A stretch of 56,598 bases of DNA from Basidiobolus meristosporus CBS 931.73 (Eukaryota > Fungi > Basidiobolomycota): assembly GCA_002104905.1 (NCBI GenBank), contig MCFE01000578.1:1-56598 (forward strand). Direction: 5' to 3'. The position numbers and the translations under genes are program-made. Position 1 is the stretch's first letter; every line of letters begins with the position of its first letter. This document shows positions 22,801-35,601 of the stretch, piece by piece. The notes beneath the pieces are model-generated. The model saw nothing but the letters and a program-made list of their open reading frames with translations, ran no database searches and was not told the DNA's origin.

Positions 22801-23700
22801 TTCAACTGCCTACTTGACTGTAAGCATAAGGAGTCTGCAGTTTTACCTTTGGCAGGCACACTGTACTGCCATTACAATACCAACAGATATCCACATTAAG
22901 ACTTTCAATTATTGTTATGTTTCTTCCACATATGGCATTTTCATCCCTTGGCTAGCTGAGTCCACTCAACAAAGTAAAGGCTGCAATGAGACCATCACAA
23001 TGCCATCAAAAGCCTCTTGGAGAACTGCCCAATTACCATCAGGCTTTGCTGCCTATATAGCAGTAGAAACAGCAAACACATGGTCCCATCATTGCATTGT
23101 GAAGAGGGCCAATAATTCCTTATTGGTAGCATAATGATGCCTTATTGCAGGATTTTAATGGCCCATCTAAACTGGATACACCCAGAGGACCAAGTGGTCT
23201 GCTATGGGGAATGTCAAGAACTCAGAAGACTATGACAATGCCTCCAGTAATATTTTGTGGCAGCAGCAGGCACTGCAAGAGGTTGCAGCACTTGCTGAAC
23301 AACAGTGCTCAAGAAAACCCACTAGATTATCAAATTAATTTAATACTAAGACTGGCAGATGAGGTGCTAGACCTAGCAGTGCTGGCTGAGGAATATGACA
23401 TATGGGAACCAGCTAACAAGCAATAGCCCATTACCCTAGATTTTCTGTCCAATCAATAGGCCAGGAAAGTTAAGATAGAGAAACTGATTGCCTGATTGAT
23501 CTTGATGAAGGTAGTTGATTAGCATGAGGTAGGGCGTAATGTTAGTGTTGGCTACAGGGACTTTTATAGGCAAGTATAATTTATGATTTACTTACAAATG
23601 TTGAAGCAATAGGAATGTGCCAACTTGTATGCATAATACACTTGATCAATAATTGAATTGTGAAGCTAGGAGTGTGACAATGAGGCAATAGCTAATGATT
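19840..23700. pseudogene. Old CACTA ORF2 remnants in mixed orientation (approximate bounds)
   Basis: Forward ORF2 fragments ~19.9-20.35 kb and ~23.1-23.7 kb (QKTMTMPP..LADEVLDLAVLAEEYDIWEP); reverse copy ~20.45-22.9 kb. Confidence 0.6.
20767..21133 (+). mobile_element. Solo LTR of the 14756 Gypsy family
   Basis: 367 bp, near-identical to those LTRs; flanks ctta/cttt (4-bp TSD, 1 mismatch). Confidence 0.92.
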
Positions 23701-24179
23701 GCTCAAAAATGTGATATATAATGCAGCATAAATAATGTGCTCACCGCCTGGGATACTGAATTAGGCATTCATTGCAGTGTAATATCTTTGAGATTGGTAT
23801 GTCTCAAACTCATATCCACATTGATAAAGAGTGTTGTATAAATGTTGTACTGGTAAGTATCAAGTGGTTGGGCCTATATAAAAGACCATGTTGGTTAAAG
23901 GCTTCAAGGAAGAGAAAACAACCATAGGGATATTGTAATAAGCCTCCCATTGAAGAACACTTTAGTCTCATGAGTGGGTACAATTCAAATCAGCTTTCAA
24001 GATCCCTCAATGCAGTCATATTATTGTTCATAGCTAGAAATCATTGACCCTCTAAACAACCCTATGGCAGGATTGTGAGCTGCTCTGCTGGTTTAACTTC
24101 CAAATAAAGCTAAAAACTTGATGCTATTTAAGCAATCTTTTGGCAAAAATTGCATGGCACTTTGAATCACTATAATCAT

Positions 24180-24561
24180 CAAATTTCTGACTATTAGCTG
24201 CTCCAGAGTATTCCACAAGATTTGCTCAATTTTAGATTGTTGTCCATATTGGCAGCTCAGGGCTTACAATTTGTCATTTTGAAGCGTTTATGAATGTCAT
24301 TGATGTACTTGAACGGATTCAGCACAGTTCTCTGCATAGGTATGTCAAAATCTACCTCAGTTCCAAAAAAACAGCCCAATTTTCCAGGATCTTTCATCTC
24401 AAATTTGTTTAAGAGATCTGATTTTGTCTGTTTAGGTGCCTGCTGGTCACTTGGAACTATTTTTAAGCTGCAAATAAGTCTTACAGTGACCAAGACTAGT
24501 CTAAAATTGTGAAGTCAATATTTAGCTGCTGAATGATACAAAATAGTCCAATATTTCAACA
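24180..24561 (-). mobile_element. Deleted Copia-1 derivative: RT fragment fused to an LTR end
   Basis: KQTKSDLLNKFEMKDPGKL..(matches 25403-26290) joined to ...gaatgatacaaatagtccaatatttcaaca. Confidence 0.65.
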
Positions 24562-24772
24562 GATATTTCCATTCATTGTGAATTAAAGAATATAGCCTCC
24601 ACTTTACTAACCAATACAAACCTGAGCTTTTGTTGCATTTGCCACAACTTTATCACCTTAATTTTGATAGCTTTTCAGTGTAATACTTGGAAAGTTACAA
24701 CATACCTTACAATGCTGTGAAATGCATATATTGCAAGCATATGCCTCATTGCCACCACTTTTGCCATGATAC

Positions 24773-25140
24773 TGTTGCAATTTAAGAAGTGATTTGGCTA
24801 TAAGGAACTTATCAAGAAATAGTGATAATAGTTGAACTGTTGTTTATTCATAAAGAGGCTCAGTATTTATACCTTTGTAGAAGTAATACTGCTGCAACAC
24901 TAAGTAGGGAGGGTTTCTCAATATTCAGGAGCATTCTGTAACAGTTTCAGGGTTAGTACATAATGTTTGGTAATAGTGCTAATTTGATCCTGACTATAGG
25001 GGATTAATAATAAGATCATATATGTGGAGAAAGTGGCAAAGTTAAGGCAGTAAATGAGTCCTACAGTGACTAAGACTAGCCTAGAATTGTTAAGTAAATT
25101 TTTAGCTGCTGAATGATACCAAATAGTCCAAAATTCAACA
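24773..25140 (-). repeat. 3' LTR, Copia-1
   Basis: tgttgcaa...ttcaaca, adjacent to the PPT at 25141-25151. Confidence 0.93.
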
Positions 25141-27625
25141 CTCCCCCTCAACTAAATAATTTCTTAATCCCAATTTTGCTCTGAGGATCTCAAACTGTGG
25201 CCTAGCTAGTGGTTTTGTCAATAGGTCTGTCACCATTTTGTCAGTTGGACAGTAAACCAGCTCTACTAGGTTATTTTCTACAGCTTCCCTCACAAAGTGA
25301 TGCTGTATATCAATGTGCTTAGTTCTGGCATGATTATTAGAATTTCTAGCTAATGAAATACAACTTTGATTATCCTTGTAAATACATGTTGGTTCACCTG
25401 AATTAAAACCTAAGTCTTTGAATAATTTTTGTAGCCATATAAGCCTCCTTAGTTGCTTGACATGCAGCCATATATTCGGCTTCAGTTGTAGATAGTGCCA
25501 CAGTTGGTTGTTTCTTGCAATTCCAAGTAATAGCTGCACCAGCATAAAGAAATACATAGCCTGTGGTAGAGCGTCTGTCAATCAAATCCCTATCCCAATC
25601 TGAATCACTATAACCATCAAATTTTTGCCTATTAGCTGCTCCAGAGTGTTCCAGTACCATATTTATGGTACCTTGTAGATATCTGAAAATCCGCTTAAAT
25701 GCTGCAATTTGATCTGATCCATAATTCTGCATGAATTGACAGACTATTCCAACTGCTACTGCAATATCTGGACGTGTAGACACCATCAAGTACATTAGGC
25801 TACCAACCATTGATTGATAGGGAAAGTTTTGGTCCATATTTGAGCCGTTTTCATCTATAACTGGCTGAGATTTGCTTAATTTCAGGTTATTGTCCATAGG
25901 GGTTGCTGCAGGTTTGCAATTTTCCATTTTGAAGCATCTAAGAATGTCCCTGATGTACTTAGACTGATTCAGCACAATTTTCTGCGTAGGTATGTCAAAT
26001 TTGACCTCAATTCCAAGAAAATAGCTCAATTTTCCAAGATCTTTCATCTCAAACTTGCTGAAGAGATCTGATTTTGTCTGTTTAAGTGCCTCTTGATCAC
26101 TTGTAGCTATAATTAGGTCGTCCACATAAAGAACTAGGATGATCACACCCTTTTTGAGCTGTTTCACATATACACTGTGATCTGCAGTGCTACAAGAGAA
26201 CCCAATTTCCTCTAGATATGTGTCAATCTTGTTATACCATGCTCTGGGTGCCTGCTTAAGCCCATACAACAATTTTCTAAGTTTGCACACCTTATGGGGG
26301 CTTTTTGGATTGGTAAAACCTTCTGGTTACTCCATATATATAGTTTCTTGCAAATCCCCATTTAGAAAGGCTGTTTTGACGTCCATTTGTGTAGATCTAG
26401 ACTGTGTACAGCTGCCAGGGCTAGAACTGTCCTAATAGAGTTAAACTTGGCAACCAGAGCAAATGTTTCCTTAAAGTCTAGTCCCTGGATCTGGCAATAG
26501 CCTTTAGCTACCAATCTAGCCTTGTACTTATCAACGGCACCATTTGAGGTTATCTTGATCTTGTAGACCCATCTACATCCTATTGGCTTTCACCCATTTG
26601 GTAAATCTTCCAGTTCCCACATTTTTGCCTTGATCAGTGATTGGTACTCCTCCTGCATGGCTTGTTGCCACTTAGTAGCATCTGGACCTTGCATTGCCTG
26701 TTCCAGATTCTGAGGTTTGGCACATAAGGCAAGATAAGCTTCTTCATGATCATTGGATGTCTGCCACCAGGATCCAGGGGCATTTCTTATTCTGGTGGAT
26801 CTCCTAACTGGGATAATCTGTTCTGATCTGGAACTGGTAGAAGTATCTTCCATCTCTGGCTGGATTTGGTACGTATCTTCTTCATTTGTGTTGATTGCAT
26901 CATCAGGCAGCTGGCCAATGATTTCTGTGGCTTTCTGATCTGAATTCTCCTCAAATACAACGTCCCTGCTCTTGATCAGCTTCTGAATTTTGCCATCATA
27001 CACTCTATACCCTTTAGTATCTTCACAATACCCAAGAAAGATCCCTTTTCTACTCTTTGGTTCCAACTTTGAGTGTTTTTTTGTCAGGGATGTGATAAAT
27101 AACATCACTGCCAAAGATCCTGAGGTGCTGGAGATCTGGTTTTTTGCCTGTATATGCTTCAAAGGGTGTAGAATCACGTAGTGCTGTTGTTGGGCATCTG
27201 TTCTTGATGTATACAGCGGTAGCAACAGATTCAGCCCAAAACCTGTAGTCCATTCCCTTATCATGTAGCATAGATCTTCCCATCTCTACTATTGTTCTAT
27301 TTGCACGTTCTGCTACTCCATTTTGCTGTGGAGTATGAGGAACTGTGGTCTGTTGAAGTATACCAGTAGACAAGCAGTATTTTGCAAACTCCTTTAAGCA
27401 GTATTCTCTTCCATTGTCACTTCGTAGTACCTTCAATTTACACACAGTTTGTGTTTCTGCCATGTTCTTGAAGTGCTTAAACGTCTCTAAAGCTTCATCC
27501 TTTGTTTTGAGGAAGTACACCCATGTATATCTTGTCTTGTCATCAATAAACGTCATAAAGTATCTCTTGGCTCCAAAGGACAGTGTTCTCATGGGGCCAC
27601 ATATGTCTGAGTGTACAATAGCCAA
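25135..27625 (-). pseudogene. Copia-1 integrase-RT-RNase H, split by frameshifts/stop
   Basis: VHSDICGP..FIDDKTRYTWVY..SDNGREY..QQNGVAER (IN); LYGLKQAPRAW..LYVDDLI (RT); YSDSDW..STTEAEY, KHIDIQHHFVRE (RH). ORFs 27050-27625, 26590-27264, 25403-26290, 25135-25581. Confidence 0.93.
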
Positions 27626-29052
27626 TATTTCGGTGGTATTGATGCCTTCTGAGCTCTTGAAACGTTGCCTAGCTTGTTTGCCATATGAACATCCCTTACA
27701 AACATTAATTTGATCGGAATTGAGTATTTTAGGCCCAAAACAAGCTGATTTTTCACCAATTGGCTCATTTTCTGTTCCCCTATGTGTCCTAGCCTCCTAT
27801 GCCACATCTCCCAGTTGGTTTCATCAGCTTCAGCAATGTTGACATACTCAGGTACAATGATCTTGCATTGTAACTTGTATATATTGTGATCTCTGATTCC
27901 CAAAGCTAATTTTTGTCCATTTTCACTCAATATTGAGCAGCTCAGCTTAGTAAAAACAAATTTCAGTCCCTGAGTAGTTGCTTTACTGACTGAGAGTAGG
28001 TTCTTAGCTATTCCAGGTACATAGAGTATGTCAGTCAGTTTTGCTGTTGTTGCCCCTGAGTTATCACTCATATTTAGTTGTATAGACCCACTGGCGGTAG
28101 CTTCCAATGCAGAGTTATCTCCCAGATAAACCTTTCTTACAGGAATAGTCTTTAAGTTGCTGAACCAATCCTTTATACTACAAATATGCTGTGATGCTCC
28201 AGAGTCAATATACCATTCATTACTTTGGTTACTTGCACTCTCTTGTACAGTGACAAATAGCTGTTCATCAGTAGTTATATGGTTTGCCTGCTCTAGTTTC
28301 TGTTTTTTGTCTGCTTGTTTCTTCTTGCATTCTCTTACCCAGTGTCCTGGCTTCTTACAGTAGTTACAGCAGCCAGGTTTTCTTTGGTTTTGTTGCTTTC
28401 CCTTCTTTTCTGTATGCCTTTCTGAACTGAATAAAGCATTATCTTCAATTTTCTCTGCTTGGTCATTACGTCTGAGTTCTTCATGGAGAAGTCTTCCATT
28501 GACATAGTCTAAAGTCAAGTTGTCTTCTCTGCTTTCAAAAGAAAGTATGAGTGGCTCATACTTGTCTGGTAGGCTGCAAAGCAGACAGAGTATCTTTTCT
28601 TCATCATCTACACCAGCATTAATACTGTAAAGTTCTTCTGCAAGTGTCTCCATTCTGGTAATGAGTTGTAGCATGTCATCATCTGGCTTTTTTCTCATGT
28701 TGAAGAACTTTTGTTTCAAATAAAGCTTGCTTGATACTGACTTTGCTCTAAAGATCTTCTCTAAGGATTCCCATGCTGCTTTGGCAGTATTTGAGGCATG
28801 GATTTGTCCAATGAAGGAGTCTTGCACATTGATGCATATTGCATTGAAGGCCTTTCTCTTCTTCTCTTGAAACTTCTCCATATCTTCTGCTGTTCCTTTG
28901 GGCTCAACTTCCTTTCCTGTTAATATGTTCCAAAGCTTTCTTTCCTCAAGGTGGATCTGCATCTTGATTCTCCAAAGTCTGTAGTTCTTCCCATCAAACC
29001 TCTCCTTTGCAGGGAAGATGTTGGTATTGCTTTGTTTGCTGGTAGAAGTCAT
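27589..29052 (-). pseudogene. Copia-1 Gag-protease-integrase N-terminus (487-aa open segment, then frameshift)
   Basis: FDGKNYRLWRIKM; CNYCKKPGHWVREC; WYIDSGASQH; WHRRLGH. Confidence 0.93.
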
Positions 29053-29074
29053 CTTTAGAATGGATTAAGGCAAT

Positions 29075-29088
29075 CAGGGCTCATAACC
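29075..29088 (-). promoter_or_regulatory. Copia-1 PBS GGTTATGAGCCCTG (half tRNA-iMet type)
   Basis: Directly abuts the 5' LTR; same pattern as Ty5 and Drosophila copia PBSs. Confidence 0.85.
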
Positions 29089-29457
29089 TGTTGCAATTTA
29101 AGAAGTGATTTGGATATAAGGAACTTATCAAGAAATAGTGATAATAGTTGAACTGTTGTTTATTCATAAAGAAGCTCAGTATTTATACCTTTGTAGAAGT
29201 AATACAGCTGCAACACTAAGTAGGGAGGGCTTCTCAATATTCAGGAGCATTCTGTAACAGTTTCAGGGTTAGTACATAGTGTTTGGTAATAGTGCTAATT
29301 TGATCCTGACTATAGGGGAATAATCATAAGATCATATATCTGGAGAAAGTGGCAAAGTTAAGGCAGTAAATGAGTCCTACAGTGACTAAGACTAGCCTAG
29401 AATTGTTAAGTAAATTTTTAGCTGCTGAATGATACCAAATAGTCCAATATTTCAACA
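29089..29457 (-). repeat. 5' LTR, Copia-1
   Basis: Homologous to 24773-25140; followed by TSD gatac. Confidence 0.93.
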
Positions 29458-29547
29458 GATACCTCCTGAATATCCACAGACAGCTCTTTGGTGCTTGGTC
29501 TGTATACTATTTCTCCCTGCTGGACTCCAGTCCCCTTATAGGAGCGC

Positions 29548-30604
29548 TTTGGTGGTGTGTAGGTTTAAGGGAGAGATACATCTATCACTCTCAAGTGTTA
29601 TGTGTGTGGGGTGCTCACTGGGTGCAATACCCTCTTGCAAAAGCTTGCTAGGAGTACATGGGTTCTGTTACTACTCTAACTTGAAGGTGAATGAAGCCAC
29701 AAGCTTGTCAAGGAAACTATCATGCTACAATCCCCAACTAAGTGTCTTAACAAAAGTATGTACTGGGTTCAGCATCCATTGAGACAACAGTGTACTAAAG
29801 CTTCCAAAGTCAGAACAATAGTAAATTCCACTAGCAAGGACTTGTTAAGAATGCAGCTGTGTTCAGTAATTACAAAGACAGAAAAGTTGCTTTGCCTGTA
29901 CAAGAACAAACTTGGGAAAGAGTCAAATATAACAAAAGATACCAGCTCAGAGTGTATCTCCCAAGTAGTGCCTCCAAGGTCAGTTGTCTGTTAGTGTGGT
30001 TTCCTGGAAATGTCTCATGGCCTGGCAATGGAAGTTCAGGAAGCAGCAGGTAGTGGTGATCACACTAATCAACAAGCTGGTATATTAATAGAAGGTGTGA
30101 TAATTTATTTTTGAGTGATTGCCTCCCTTGTATACTTTACTCACTGGCTAAGTAGTTGCTACTCATGGTGTTCCAGAAGGTGCCAGGTGATCAAGAGTAA
30201 TCTTATTGACATCGGAATGAGCTAAAAATACTCAATGTAAATACTGAAAGGTTCTGTCACAGCACATCCAACCAATGAAGTTTCAGTATTCTGATACCTT
30301 TGTGCTCTAAGGATACCATATATGGAATGAAAATGTAGGGACTGTGGAATGGTGTGATTGTTTGTCATGGGTCATGGCATAAGTACTTGCACAATATGGA
30401 AACACTTACATCCAGTGATCTTCTATAATGTCAAGGATAACTTATGTATTAAATAAGTAGGCAGTATAGTTGACCAGCATATGGAATGGTACTCATCAGA
30501 TGAGACACATGGGATAATACTACAATATGGGTAGTAGGAAATAGGGATAAAAAAATATGGGAATGGCCACATCTGTCAGTGTGTGTCACTATGATCCCAC
30601 CACA
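29548..30604 (-). mobile_element. Solo-LTR-like repeat, TGTGGTGG family (copy B)
   Basis: tttggtggtg...cccaccaca; flanks gcgc/gtgc; homologous to copies A and C. Confidence 0.8.
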
Positions 30605-30689
30605 GTGCACTTGCACTTATTTGTATAAGTTTCATACTCAATGATGTATAGATCAGCTTGTGACCTAAATAAGCCTGCCATATTTTAGT

Positions 30690-33548
30690 TAAGTTGTCCT
30701 AATAAGAATCAGTTGCTTAATGTGTCCACCCAACCATGCATAAGTTAACTGATTACCCAGACATTCAGGCTGCTTAGCTACTTAATGCCAGGGGCATAGG
30801 TGTCACAATGTACACATCTTTCCACTTTATTTTCCAGCTCCTCCTGTCTCTCCTCCATGTGTCCACTCTTTAAATCCATGACAGACTTCAAAGTTATACT
30901 CTTAATGAGATTGGGACATGGTATAGTACTTGCAACTTGGCTTATCTTCCTATCTCTCCATGTATTCTCTCCATAGAAAGCTCCTAAAAGTTGAAGCCAG
31001 TCCCAAGATTCTCCATACACCAAGCAAGATACAGTAGTGCATGGATACATTAGCAGCAGAGATCTACACATGAAGCTTTATGCATGTAGTATAACTCATC
31101 AACACTTGTAAGTAACTCCTTGCATAACACTTTAGATTTGCCAAAATGAGCATTAGTGATCTGCTCCTAGATAAACATTCTTACAATGTTGACATATGAC
31201 TACTAATACTTCCAGCGTACTCTTGAAAGAAATGGCTTCAGAAGGCCATGTGAATACAAACATAACTAGTGCATTCAGTCCTTGAATATATATTTTTTGC
31301 ATATGAGTATGAATACTAATTGAAACCTGTGAGAAGTACTCTAGATAGCAGATACTCTGTAACATCCTGCCAATTATCTCATATTTCTGTGGTATGTCAG
31401 AGGTGCATTTATCTTGAAATGCTTCATGTCCAGCTTGGTCATTTGTGTAGGGATATTGTTAAAGATCAAATAAAGAGTGCCCAGTGAAAAGCTTTTGCTA
31501 CAATAAAATTTCTCATATGAAAGCAATGCTACCTTTCACACATACTGGTATCAGGAGAGTCTTGGGTTCATATGCTGCCAGTCAGATGGCAGTAGTTCAT
31601 AAGTACCATGTTTATTGTAAGTTGCATCCTGCTATCATATGGGCAAGCAGTAACAGTCAACTCTCAAAGCCTCTATTACCAATAATGGCAGAAACTTGCC
31701 AGTTCTCAATAATAGCACTTCCTCAAGTGAAAGTATTGATAACAACCCACAACTTTCACAGGAGCCTGTCACAAGCAGGGCTGGAAGTTCTAAGTAAGCT
31801 GCAAAGAGACATCAGGTAGCAGGGAGGGTGCCAGGAAGGGGCAAGTGGACAGATGAATGCACTTGAGCAGCTTTCATCAAGGAGATTGTGCAATTTGAGA
31901 AGTAATTTGGATATAAGGAACTTATCAAGATATAGTATTAATAGTTGAACTATTGTTTATTCATAAAGATGATCAGTATTTATACCTTTGTAGAAGTAAT
32001 ACAGCTGTAGCACTAAGTAAGGGGGGTTTCTTGACATTCAGGAGCATTCTGTAATAGCTTCAGGGTTAGTACTAAATGTTTGGTAAAAAGTGTTAATTTG
32101 ATCTTCACTACAGGGGAATAATCATTTGATCATATATGTGAAGAAACTGGCAAAGTTGATGCTGCAAACAAGTCCTACAGTGACCAAGAGTAATCTAGAG
32201 CTGTTAAGTAAATTTTTAGCTGCTGAATGATACCAAATAGTCCAGTATTTGAGCAGAGATAACAATGTGCAATACAAGAGGCACATGGTTGCAGTTGCAG
32301 TGAAGGACCTGATAATGATAAGCACCCGCAGCATTCTCAGGAGCCTGTCACAAGCAGGGCTGATAGTTCTAAGCAAGTGACAAAGTAACAGCAGGCTACT
32401 TGGAGAGTGCTGGCAAGGGACCATCAGGCAAAGACAGACTCACCAGTGCAACATTTATCAAGGAGAAAGCAGAGTTCAACACAAGATGCACTGAGTCAAA
32501 TTAGCAGTGAAAGACTTAGAAGTGATAAGGCCAAAGGTAGGGGTAACAAAAAAAGGCCTATCCAAGCTGTAGACTGAGAGGTGTGCAAAATATCTGCAGT
32601 TCTTGCCAATTAAGACTGTCAGCCCAGAACAGGCTGAGTTCCATCATAGCCAAGAAGAATTACCAACAAGCCATCAGCTATTTTCTTAAGTGTTTGGAAG
32701 TGCATCCAGTTGAACTACACTCCAGTGGGGTAGTTGACTTTGTGGTAATTAGCAATTTTACTACCAATGCCTTCACATCCTTCATTGTAGACAGATTGAA
32801 GATCCTACTGACACACAAAATGGCAACCTAACAACTCAATAACATTTCACAATGCCTACAGCAGAAGTCTGGAACATTAGGAGCCACACCAGGAGGTTGC
32901 AGCACTTCACTAAAAGCAGTGCACAGGAAAATGCACATGAATAGTGCAAGCATTTATTGCAAAGACCAGCAGATGAGGTGCTAGACTCTGCAGTGCTGGC
33001 TGCATACCAGGATGTATGAAAGTCAGTGAATGAATCATGGCACAAAGCTGCAAGGTTCCTGCCAAAGTCATGGAAAGCAGGTGTCATTGCAGAAACACTT
33101 ATTGAATCTTAATGGAGTCACTTCATGAGTGTGGGCTAGGCTTATTGTTAATGTTGGGTATTGGACTTTTATAGGTCAATTTAATTGGTAATTGAGGTAC
33201 AACTGAAGTTTTACTGGAAATAAATCAATTTTTGTGTGCATGAGAAGTAAGACAATTGGTGTGGTCATGAAGTAAGAAGTAAGAAAAAGAGACAATAGCT
33301 AATCAGCGTACAGAAACATAGGTGATAGACTATCTGGGATCAGAAATAGAGAAAGTTGGCAGAAACCAATCAAAAGCCACTTTGGTATTGTTGTGATGAA
33401 AAACTTAATCAAGTTTTTTGTGAAATCTGGGATGCTATTTTTTTAACAGTCTTTGCACAGTGTTGTGACAGGATCAACACCTCTTAGTCACAGGGCTTTA
33501 CTTTTGTGATGGATTTTGACTGGATCAGCAAAATTACTTCTCATAGGG
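30690..33548. pseudogene. Deleted CACTA remnant: transposase pieces (-), ORF2 pieces (+), right end
   Basis: Similar to 1430-2150, 2960-3160 and 5820-7200; ends in aattacttctcataggg at 33548. Confidence 0.7.
31887..32255 (-). mobile_element. Solo LTR, Copia-1 family
   Basis: 369 bp, similar to 29089-29457; perfect 5-bp TSD GAGAT (31882-86, 32256-60). Confidence 0.9.
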
Positions 33549-33978
33549 AAATACATGGCACTATTGTGGTCTACAGGCACTATCTGGCACTATATGTCCT
33601 TTTATGGGTTATACTTCAGCACTAATATTTAAATATTGCACCAGATAGTTCAAGTGGGTCATGATAGTAACATGCATTCTGGTGACTTTTTACAAGCTTC
33701 TCAGCTTGATTCAGAGTGCTGTGGGTATCGAATACCAGATTAATGTCTCCAGACCTTTGGTGCTCAAACACATGGGCCTCAAATTGACCCGTGAAATCAA
33801 GGTCATAAATGGATTTTCCCCAGTACAATGGCTGAAATACTGGGGCCATTTTACATGAAGATATAGATTTATGCTTTACATTATGTGGTGAAGTATAGGT
33901 CTGCAATGCCTTTATGGCACACCTAGTCTCCATTTAGGACTTATGGCTTGAAGTGGGACCATCCAATGGAGCAAGCGT
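33549..33978. mobile_element. Fragment of a PHIS-related element
   Basis: Three GGCACTAT motifs and a terminal atccaatggagcaagcgt resembling the PHIS right end atccaacggaacaagtct; carries a 103-aa minus-strand ORF of unknown identity. Confidence 0.45.
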
Positions 33979-33989
33979 AGTATCTCAGA

Positions 33990-35135
33990 GTATTAGAAAA
34001 TATCAAAGGTAGAATATCAAGGGGGCCATGGCTAAATACTAGCAGCTTCCTCAAGAGCCCATTATAAGCAGGGCCAAAAGCTCTAAACAAGCAGCAAAGA
34101 AACATCTGGTAGCTGGAAGAGTGCTGATCACTATATAAATAAGTGTTAAAGAAGTGTCAGACTGCCAGAAGAGTTTAGCTTAGAGACAAGCATATAAAAG
34201 CAAATGAATCAGTGCAGTATTTATCCAAGATAAGTTGTAGTTCAATGCAAGTAGTACTCAGACAAAGCAGCAGTGTAAGACCTGGCAGTGATATGGAAAT
34301 GATCAGGGCAATAAAGCTCATTCTGGCAAGAGACAGGGAAGCATGAGAGAATAGGTTACTGCTCACACCAATTAAGGCCATCAGCCCAGAACAGGCAGAA
34401 TCCTATAATAGCCAAGAGGAATTACCACCAAGACAACAGCTAATTTCTCAAGAGTTGGAGGTGCAGCCAGTTGAGCTACACTCCAGCAAGGTAGTAGAGT
34501 TTTCAGAGAAAGGCAAATGATCTACCATAGCCTTCATGTCCTCAATTGTAGACAGAATGGAGATCCCAGTGACTGCCAAAGCAACAATGTGAGGAACTCA
34601 GATGTATATCACAGAGCCTACAGTAGATTTTTGGGCCAATGACATGCCCAGAAAGTGCTTGCAGCACTTCATCAAGAGCAACACACATGAAAACTCACTT
34701 TAAGATTGCCAGGAGTTATTGCAAAGACTAGCAGATGAGGTGCCATCTCAAAGGGTGCATTTGACTGGAAATGCCCCATGTACAACTTGGTCATCAGTAT
34801 AGGGATATTGTTGAAAAGCAAATGCATTGCTCCTGGTGGGAAGCTATTGCTCAATTGGATACCCTATATCTTAAGTATCTCTGGTTTCCAGTTAGTTCCA
34901 TATTCCACCCAATGACTTATAGCTTGCCAACTATGATGCTGTTGCATGCTGACTTCTGTATGTTCTCTTTGCAGAAAGATGATGTTCTTAGTGCTGATGT
35001 TTGGGTAATAACAAAGTATGTGAGTTATGGAGTAAGTCCCCAGGATCTCACACATTTGACAGCAATACCATCCATGGTGCTCAGAAAAGCAAGCTATCTT
35101 GCTGATGGCTGGGGTATCTGTTGTGAGGTATTATG
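33990..35135. pseudogene. CACTA ORF2 (+) and transposase (-) remnants
   Basis: Similar to 5760-6660 and 2080-2450. Confidence 0.65.
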
Positions 35136-35601
35136 ATTTGTTTGAGGCTTACTCCACAATGTAGAGACTAATCAAAAGTATATGGCAACTCCCAGTATAC
35201 CAATATTGCAAGAATTCATTGGGAGTTAGATATACCAATAGAAGATATAACTTTCACTGCTATTGTCAATCTTAGGCTCATTATGTACTGCAAATAGTGT
35301 TTCAGACTTCTACAGCAGTGTTCTAACCTTCTGTTGACTGTTGGGCTTATTTACCTCTATAGTAGCTTTTACCAATTTGTGATTCACTTTCTGTTGTGAG
35401 AAGAATTTCATAATATGGCAATTCTGAGCTCCTCTTTAACCTAAAGAGATGTGGTGTAGAGGTCTCTAAAAGGTTTGGTAGACTGATGGGGTGTCTAAAG
35501 GGGAGTCTTTAAAGTAAAGATGTTTCCTAGAGGGGACTTTTCCTGAAAAATAATGGTAGTTTTCTTGTAGAACTTCAAATGGATTTTTGTGAGCTTTTTT
35601 T

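Larger units (their letters stand above)
24773..29457 (-). mobile_element. Full-length Ty1/Copia LTR retrotransposon (family 1), frameshifted
   Basis: LTRs 24773-25140 and 29089-29457 (roughly 97% identical by eye); 5-bp TSD GATAC; PBS GGTTATGAGCCCTG; PPT tgagggggag; order gag-PR-IN-RT-RH. Confidence 0.95.

Noticed and set aside
23700-24180. Unassigned segment with a TATA-like tatataaaag
   Set aside because: No ORF, termini or in-window homolog found; cannot support a call.
24773-25140. Copia-1 and Gypsy LTRs have nearly the same length (368-369 bp)
   Set aside because: No sequence similarity; coincidence.
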